A DNA stretch of 64,000 nt from Octopus vulgaris (Eukaryota): the NCBI GenBank assembly GCA_951406725.2, contig OX597843.1, positions 5,952,001 through 6,016,000 of the forward strand, in the 5' to 3' direction. The position numbers and the translations under genes were made by a program. Shown one piece after another: positions 55,755-64,000 of this stretch (the first letter of the stretch is position 1; every line of letters begins with the position of its first letter). The notes under the pieces are model-generated. The model made no database searches. It saw only the letters and a program-made list of their open reading frames with translations, and was not told the DNA's origin.

Positions 55755-56390
55755 AATCTGCAGACTGTCCAAGTTTCATCTCCATACAGCAGAGAAGAAA
55801 GCACTATAGCCCGGTAAACCTTACATTTAACAGCCAACCAAACAACGCATTAGCTCAATCCATTCTGTATATATGTTTCTTTACTACCCACAAGGGGCTA
55901 AACACAGAGGGGACAAACAAGGACAGACAAACGAATTAAGTCGATTAATTCGATCCCAGTGCGTAACTGGTACTTGATTTATCGACCCCGAAGGGATGAA
56001 AGGCAAAGCCGACCTCGACGGAATTTGAACTCAGAACGTAACGGCAGATGAAATACGGCTACGCATTTCGCCCAGCGTGCTAACGTTTCTGCCAGCTCGC
56101 CGCCTTGGGGCAGTAGCGTTTTCTACTGTAGCTTATACATATATATACATATACATACATTCTGTATATAGGATTTCCCGATCCAGTCGTGCATTATCTG
56201 GGATGGTATTGCCTTGGGATTTGAATGCTTCGCACCGAGCTAACCTTTCGCGTCTAATAGAGATGTTTTCTTCCGTTACGGGGGCAAGAATGTTCTCCAC
56301 GGCTTGGTAAAGGCATTCGGTTTTTCGATTACGATCCTGTTATGACGATAGGCACACGCCTGGCGGAACTGTGTTGGGGGAAGTTCGCTT
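55755..56390 (-). mobile_element. RTE/BovB-like LINE relic, SINE-interrupted
   Basis: Minus-strand KTECLYQ..NARLDREILYR and KCKVYRAIVLSSLLYGDETWTV. Confidence 0.65.
55876..56104 (-). mobile_element. SINE family B
   Basis: Full copy inside an RTE relic; older copies at ~57955-58310. Confidence 0.88.
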
Positions 56391-56640
56391 CCTAATCACG
56401 TGGTTTCAGATTCAGTCTCACTGCGTGGCACCTTAGGCAAGGGTGTTTTATTAAGGCCTCGGGTCGAATAAAGCCTTGTGAGTGGATTTGGTAAACGGAA
56501 AGTGAAAGAATCCCTTCGCATATATAGACATATACATATATACATACATACAATATACATATATATATACATATATATGTATGTATATATATCTATATAC
56601 ATATATATGTATGTATATATATATACATATATGTATATGG

Positions 56641-56927
56641 TGGAGGCGCAATAGCCTAGTGGTTAGGGCAGCTGACACGCGGTCGCAAGATCGCGGTTTC
56701 GATTCCCAGACCGGGCGTTGTGTGTGTTTATTGAGCGAAAACACCTAAAAAGCTCCACGAGGCTCCGACAGGGGATGGTGATCCCTATTGTACTCTTTCA
56801 CCACTCTTTCTTCTGTTGGCCTGCTCGCTTAGCCAGCGGGGTGGCGTCATTCGAAGGCTAAAACAATGCGAACGCATTGTGACCAGCGATGTGTAGCAAC
56901 ATCTGATGGTCTGGTCGGTCACGTGAT
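56641..56927 (+). mobile_element. SINE, head H1 + tail T2
   Basis: Closely similar to 42091-42390. Confidence 0.88.
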
Positions 56928-57359
56928 ATTATATATATATATATGTACATACATATTATATGTATATATACATATATATTATATATACACACACACACAT
57001 ATATATACATTCACCGATTGAAAGGCTAAGGGGCCAATACCAAGAGAAAGGCAAAGGAACCGATACAGCTTGGCACCGGTGACGTCACATCTAAATTTTG
57101 CCAGATGAGTGAACTGAAGCAAGAACACAACACGCAGCCTGGTCCGAGAATCGAACTCACTATCTCATAACCGTGAACCCGACGCTCTAACCACTGAATC
57201 GTGCAGAAGGACAAAATACTGTTAAGCATTTTGATCCGTCTGTTAACGATTCTACTGGCTCAATCCTTTAAAAAGACAACAAATAATGGCTAAAAATGGC
57301 AACCATTTTGGTGAGGAGGGGGAGGCGGGCGTCGGTCGGTTGCATTGACACTAGTTCAT

Positions 57360-57597
57360 TTGCTTCAGTCATTTGACTGTGGCCATGCTGGAGTACTGCC
57401 TTTAGTCGAGTAAATCGACCCCAGGACTTATTCTTTGTAAGCCTAGTACTTATTTTATCAGTCAGTTTTGCCTAACTGCTAAGTTACGGGGACTTAAACA
57501 CAGTAGCATCGGTTGTCAAACGATGTTGTGGAGGACAAACAAAGACACACAAACGTATACATATATATGTATATATATATATATATACATATATATG

Positions 57598-57639
<42 letters not shown>

Positions 57640-57950
57640 TTATATATAGTGTAATAAATAAAATATATGCATACATACAAACATATATGTACGTACCGAC
57701 ATCTACATGTATATATACATGCATATATAAATATATATACGTACAGGACACCACAAAAAGACGTAAAACTCAACATATATATATATATATGACGGGCTTC
57801 TTTCAGTTTCCGTCAACCAAATCCACTCGCAAGGCTTTGGTCGGCCCGGGGCTATAGTAGAAGACACTTGCTGAAGGTGTCACGCAGTGGGACTGAACCC
57901 GGAACCATGTGGTTGGGAAGTAAGCTGCTTACCACAGTCACTCTTACGCC
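57360..57950 (-). mobile_element. SINE family A with expanded internal microsatellite
   Basis: Both halves present, ~250 bp of TA/CA between them. Confidence 0.8.
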
Positions 57951-58409
57951 TAGTGTTTAACTGGTAGTATTTTATCGATCCAGAAATGATGAAAGGCAAA
58001 ATCGATGTCGACAGAATTTCAACTCTGTACGTATAGACGGATGAAATGCCGCAAAGCGTTTGGTCCGGTGTGCTAACGATTCTCTCAGATCGCCGTCTTA
58101 ATAATTCTTTGTGCTATAGGCACAAGGCCTGAAATTTGGTGGGAGAGGACTAGTCTATTACATCGACCTCAGTGTTTCGCCAGTACTTAATTTATCGACC
58201 CCGAAAGGCAAAGTCGACCTCGGCGGAATTTGAACTCAGAACGGAGCGACGGGCGACATACCTTTAAGTATTTCGTCAAGCATGCTAACAATTCTGCCAG
58301 TTCGCCGTCTTAATAATAATGTCTGTCTGTCTGTCTCCATCTATCTATCTACCTCTCTTTCTCTCTCTCTGACCCTCTCTATCTATCTATCTCTCCCTCT
58401 CTTTCTATC

Positions 58410-58440
<31 letters not shown>

Positions 58441-58447
58441 CTCTCTT

Positions 58448-58490
<43 letters not shown>

Positions 58491-60262
58491 CTCTTTATTT
58501 ATCTCGCTCACTCTATCTATCTATCTATATATATATATATATATATCTATCTAAACACTTTCCTCTCTGGTCAATCTCTCATCAACTTCTTCAAGTATCA
58601 CTTGGAAAGGAAAGTGAGAGCAGAGAGGCAAGTTTTGTCTAGTGAATGTTTTAAGAAAAAGATGGGTGAATGTAGCAAGGATGGCACGTATGAATGACGA
58701 AGCCACCTTGAGCATGATCCTATGAACCCAGAAAAAGTTAAAACAGAGGGTTACCTACTTGCAAATAAATGTGTTAACATGTGACATTAATGACCGACGT
58801 TACCGTGGTCTTTTCCGTAGGCTTTTCTTTCCACGCATAGACCTCATCTGTTTCCCCCTTTACACTTTAAATCATGACATTTCTGTGATACACGATCCCT
58901 ATTGATCTTTTTTCTTTCCTTTTTAAGATCCCTTTTCATCGAAAACCTACCCCACTTTTTTTTCTCCCCAAAAAGAAAAGCTCTACTTCGTAATTTGTCC
59001 CGTCTGTGTGCAGCCTTGTGTGGCCAATAAAAAAACTTATCTATCTATCTATCTATCTATTTGTCTGTCTGTCTATCTATTTATCTTTCTCTCTCTCATT
59101 CTATCTATCTACCTCTATATATACATATAGAGATAGATAGATAGTGTGTGTGTGTTACTTATTCAGTCATTAGATTACGGCCATGCTGGAGTACCGCCTT
59201 GAAAACTTTTTATTTCAACGAATCGACCCCAGTAACTATTTTATAATATATATATATATACATATATATATATGGAAAAGAGGGGTGTATGTACTTATAT
59301 ATAGAAGCAGAAATATGCATATATGAATATGTGTACACACTGACATTAATACACACCCCCGCACGAACCAGAATAAAATATTTGTATATATACCCCCCGG
59401 TTCACACATCCATCCATCTATCCATACATACATACATCATACATATGTACACACGCTGGCATGTATACATACATACACGCACTCACACACATATACATAT
59501 ACGCACACATACATACAGACAGACATACACATATACATATATATATATATATATATATACACACGCACTATGTATCATTTGTTATGTCAACAATGAGAGA
59601 CAAGTGCACCGCACCCAGAACTCTGTGTGTGTGTGTGCATGGGTGTATAAATGTGTGTGTATGCGTGTGTGTGTGTCGCATCGTATACATATATATATAT
59701 TCTTTTACTTGTTTCAGTCATTTGACTGCGGCCATGTTGGGGCAACGCATTGAAGGTTTGTCTTTCTTTTAGTCGAAGAAATCGACCCCAGGACTTATTC
59801 TTTGTAAGCCTAGTACTACTTATTCTATCGGTCTCTTTTTCACAAACCGCTAAGTTACGGGGACGTAAACACCCCCAGCATCGTTTGTCATTCGATGGTG
59901 AAGAAACAGACACAAGGGAGAATTGCGGGCAAGGTTGTTCATGGAACACCAGCAGTCGCCCATGCATACCGGGTTCCCCTCTCCACGCCACCAGTGTTGT
60001 CCAAGGGAAAAGCAAAGGGGCCGATACAGCTTGGCACCTGTGACGTCACAACTCATTTCTACAGCTTAGTGAACTGAAGCAACGTGCAATGAAGTGTCTT
60101 GCTCAAGAACACAACACGCAGCCAGGTCCGGGAATTGAACTCACAACCGCACGATTGTAAGCTCGACGCTCTAACTACGGCAGCGGTACTGGATATTAAT
60201 AGTTATGACTAAGTTAACATTGCAGTCCATGGACTGCCATGTTACCTTGGCGATAACTATTA

Positions 60263-60409
<147 letters not shown>

Positions 60410-60479
60410 ATCCAAACAAGAAAACACAGTAAAAAAGAAAAAAAACACAGCAACGAAGGACGTGGAATATACATATATA

Positions 60480-60866
60480 CTAGCAGTATCGCCCGGCGTT
60501 GCTCGGGTTTGTAAGGGAAATAACTATATAAGCATTTTTAGAGAGTTATAGCCAAAAAGTAGCAAAGAAATGCATTAAAAATGGAAATAAATTATGGTAA
60601 ATTTTTTTTTAAATCGTTGACTCATTGAAGACATTTTTAGAGAGTTACTTCCCTTAGATAATAACGAAAAAAATTGCATTAAGATGGAAAAAAATAATGG
60701 TAATTTTTTTTTAAATCGTAGACGCGCGCTAATACCCAGAAGGGCTCGATATGAATCACGACTATAAGATACCCGGTTTTGGTTAAACTGCACCGCAAAA
60801 TGTGGGAGTAGTTAGGAATCTAAATCGTAGGAGACAGACACACAACTTCACTTTTATATATAAAGA
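60480..60866 (-). mobile_element. Non-autonomous Helitron, subfamily 2
   Basis: Reverse complement of 47722-48115. Confidence 0.85.
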
Positions 60867-60871
60867 TATAT

Positions 60872-62262
60872 AGGAGTCAGGCAGTAGTGGTTAATGGAGC
60901 CACCTCTATGAACACGCAAATAGTGAGCGGTGTTCCACAGGGCACTGTCTTGGGACCACTGCTTTTTATAGTGGCCCTCTCAGATATGCCCTCAAATGCC
61001 CGGATAGCCACTCTGGCCAGCTATGCAGACGATACGAAAGTCTCGCAGAAAATACAGAACCCCTGCGATGTTGCACACCTGCAGCAGGAGTTGGACTCAA
61101 TCTACAGATGGGCTGAGGATAATAATATGCAGTTTAATGCTGAAAAATTCCAGGCCCTGCGCTACCAGCATCCAAAACTGAATATTAAACTTACAGGATA
61201 AACCGGCCCACAGGGAATTTCAATCCCAGAGCCTAAGTCTGTGAGGGACCTGGGTATCGACATGAGTGATGATACCTCTTTCCTGTTTAGGGCGGCGTGC
61301 TGGCAGAAACGTTAGCACGCCGGGCGAAATGCGTAGCTGTATTTCGTCTGCCGTTACCTTCTGAGTTCAAATTCCGCCGAGGTCGACTTTGCCTTTCATC
61401 CTTTCGGGGTCGATAAATTAAGTACCAGTTATGCACTGGGGTCGATGTAATCGACTTAATCCGTTTGTCTGTCCTTGTTTGTCTCCTCTATGTGTAGCCC
61501 CTTGTGGGTAATAAAGAAACGGATGATACCTCTTTCCAAGTGCACATCACCAGGATGGCGACAAAGTGCAGACGTCTGGCTGGGTGGATCCTAAGAACAT
61601 TCAGAACCAGAGATAAGGAAACCATGATGGTCCTCTGGCGGACATTCGTCCTCAGTCGCCTGGATTACTGCTCACAGCTATGGTCACCCACCAGTGTAAA
61701 ATTAACAGCGGACCTTGAAGCAATCCAGAGAAGATTCACAAAGAAGATCATCTCTTTGCAACAGCTCAGCTACTGGGAAAGGTTGAAACAGCTAAGACTC
61801 TACTCCCTGGAGAGAAGAAGGGAGAGGTATGCAGTAATATATGTCTGGAAGATCCTGGAAGGAATTGTGCCAAATTTTGGCATTGTAAGCTACACCAATG
61901 CTAGAACGGGACGACACTGCATAGTGCCAAAGATCCCAGCAATGCCATCACGCTTCAGGACCAGCTTCTGCAACAGCCTGGGTTTCAAGGGTCCACAGCT
62001 TTTTAATATTCTCACAAAGAGTCTGAGGAACTTGCACAAAGTAGATGTAGCGGTTTTTAAATCAAAGCTGGACATCTTCCTGTCAAGAGTCCCAGATGAA
62101 CCTACCTCACGACAAGAGGTGCAAATGAGAGTAGCTGTATCAAACTCCATTCTTCACCAAGTGCCACATATTAGACGAGGTTCTTCGCAATAACAGTGTA
62201 GCACAAAACTGCGGTGCATTAGCATGGCCGCAGCTCTGAGCTGAAACTAGAGATTAAAAAAA
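60872..62262 (+). mobile_element. 5'-truncated CR1/L2-group LINE (RT C-terminal half and 3' UTR)
   Basis: SGVPQGTVLGPLLF, YADDTK, VRDLGI, LDYCSQLWSP, YSLERRRERY; one stop (61199-61201); frame is restored after removing the SINE and one TSD. Confidence 0.92.
61284..61521 (+). mobile_element. SINE family B
   Basis: A box TGGCAGAAACGTT, B box GAGTTCAAATTCC; 16-bp TSD GATGATACCTCTTTCC at 61268-61283 and 61522-61537. Confidence 0.92.
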
Positions 62263-62279
62263 GAATATATATATATATA

Positions 62280-62530
62280 TTGCAGCGTGTAAGGTGTTTA
62301 TAAGCCATTTACGAAACAAAATCCGTTAGATTCACTTCAACATTTAAATTTAATTTGTCAAAATATTTTCGTCGCTTTGAGACCGCGACCTGATCACTGA
62401 CAAAGCTTCGTGCTTCAAAACTTTGTGTGTTTCTTGAATGGCTTATAAACACCTTCCACGCTGCAATTGCTTTCGTTCCAGCACACGATCTTAGATCAAG
62501 TCACTCGCTATGCAAGTACATCTCCGTGTA
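62280..62530. mobile_element. TA-embedded element with ~40-bp inverted repeat and degenerate hammerhead-like scaffold
   Basis: IR 62280-62319 / 62428-62466; minus strand UUUGUCA-gugauca-g-GUCGC..GCGAC-GAAA-AUAU-UU-UGACAAA. Confidence 0.55.
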
Positions 62531-62600
62531 TATACATATATATATGTGTGTGTGTGTGTTTGTGCCTGTGTGTGTGTGTGTGCGCGTGTGTGTGTGTATG

Positions 62601-62631
<31 letters not shown>

Positions 62632-62644
62632 GCATATATATATA

Positions 62645-63051
62645 CTCTTTTACTTGTTTCACTCATTTGACTGTGGCCATGCTGGAGCATCTCATTTCGT
62701 CGTGCAAATCGACCCCAGGAATTATTCTTTGTAAGCCTAGTACGTATTCTATCTATCTCTTTTGCCGAACCTCTAAAGTTACGGGGACGTAAACATACCA
62801 CCATCGGTTGTCATGTTGGGGGTACAAACACTGACATACAAACATATACACACACATACATACACACACACACATATATATATATATACATATATACGAC
62901 GGGCTTCTTTCAGTTTCCGTCTACCAAATCCACTCCCAAGGCTTTGGTCGGCCCGAGGCTATAGTAAAAGACACTTGCCATAGCTGCCACGCAGTAGGAC
63001 TGAACCCGAAGCCATGTGGTTGGGAAGCAAGTTACTTACCACACACAGCCA
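62645..63051 (-). mobile_element. SINE family A
   Basis: Full copy; further partial copies near 950, 1540, 6490, 10070, 11580, 26640, 32415, 46197, 51909, 53144 and 59700. Confidence 0.88.
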
Positions 63052-63189
63052 TTTACATATATTTATCTACACATGCTGACATATATACATGCATACGCAC
63101 ACACGTATATAAAACATGATATATACATACTTACATAGACGTACACACATACACACACAATCATACATACACGCTCTCACACATGGTGC

Positions 63190-63760
63190 ATGTGTGTGTC
63201 TATGTGAGCGTGTGTATGAGTGTGTGTGTATGCAAAAACGTGTGTGTGCGTCTATGTGAGCGTGTGTATGAGTGTGTGTGTGTATGCAAAAACGTGTGTG
63301 TGTGTGTCTATGTGAGCGTGTGTATGAGTGTGTGTGTATGCAAAAACGTGTGTGTGTGTGTCTATGTGAGCGTGTGTATGAGTGTGTGTGTGTATGCAAA
63401 AACGTGTGTGTGTGTCTATGTGAGCGTGTGTATGTGTATGCAAAAACGTGTGTGTGTGTCTATGTGAGCGTGTGTATGTGTATGCAAAAACGTGTGTGTG
63501 TGTCTATGTGAGCGTGTGTATGTGTATGCAAAACGTGTGTGTGTGTGTCTATGTGAGCGTGTGTATGAGTGTGTGTGTATGCAAAAACTTGTGTGTGTGT
63601 GTCTATGTGAGCGTGTGTATGAGTGTGTGTGTATGCAAAAACGTGTGTGTGTGTGTCTGTGTCTGCAAAAAACGTGTGTGTGTGTCTATGTGAGCGTGTG
63701 TATGCAAAAACGTGTGTGTGTGTGTCTATGTGAGCGTGTGTATGAGTGTGTGTGTGTCTA
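63190..63760. repeat. ~40-55-bp GT-based minisatellite
   Basis: Unit (GT)nCTATGTGAGCGTGTGTATGA(GT)nATGCAAAAAC. Confidence 0.92.
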
Positions 63761-64000
63761 TGTGTATGTGCGTGTGAGTTTATGTGTGTCATTGTGTTTG
63801 TCTGTGGCTGTGTATTTGTGTGTGTACGTGTCCGTGTGTGAGTCTGTTGGTGTGTGGGTGTGTGTGTGGTGTGACTGTGTGTGTATATCTTTGTGCCTCT
63901 GTGTGTGTGTGTGTCTGAGTGTGTGTGTGTGTGCCTGTGTGTGTGTGTGTGTGTGTCTGTTTGTGTGTAGGTCGTGAATCGTTTGTTTAAGAAAAGGTAT

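Noticed and set aside
60887-62193. RT ORFs as a functional or domesticated gene
   Set aside because: 5'-truncated, with an in-frame stop and a SINE insertion

Overview
Eukaryotic, repeat-saturated DNA, most likely from an octopus or other coleoid cephalopod (inferred from the extreme TA/CA/GATA microsatellite load and the tRNA-derived SINE families; not provable from the window alone). Nearly all ORF-track entries are microsatellite artefacts. One real gene can be built on the + strand: TATA/Inr at ~3.16-3.19 kb, a 24-nt first coding exon (3768-3791), exon 2 (19456-19881) and exon 3 (21100-21402). It encodes a ~250-aa secreted protein with TWO tandem IL-17-like cystine-knot-type domains. Its TGA stop is followed in frame by 171 more sense codons (an S/T/N-glycan linker plus a very basic, Cys-containing tail), and it aligns with an Arg codon of domain 1. 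The window also holds at least six sequence-diverse type I hammerhead ribozymes with canonical or near-canonical cores and six minimal variants. Two of them lie in ~350-360-bp-period direct-plus-inverted-repeat elements (retrozyme or Penelope-like). The rest consists of SINEs with shuffled head/tail modules, relics of CR1/L2, RTE and R4/Dong LINEs, non-autonomous Helitrons, mariner and hAT elements, and tandem arrays derived from transposons.
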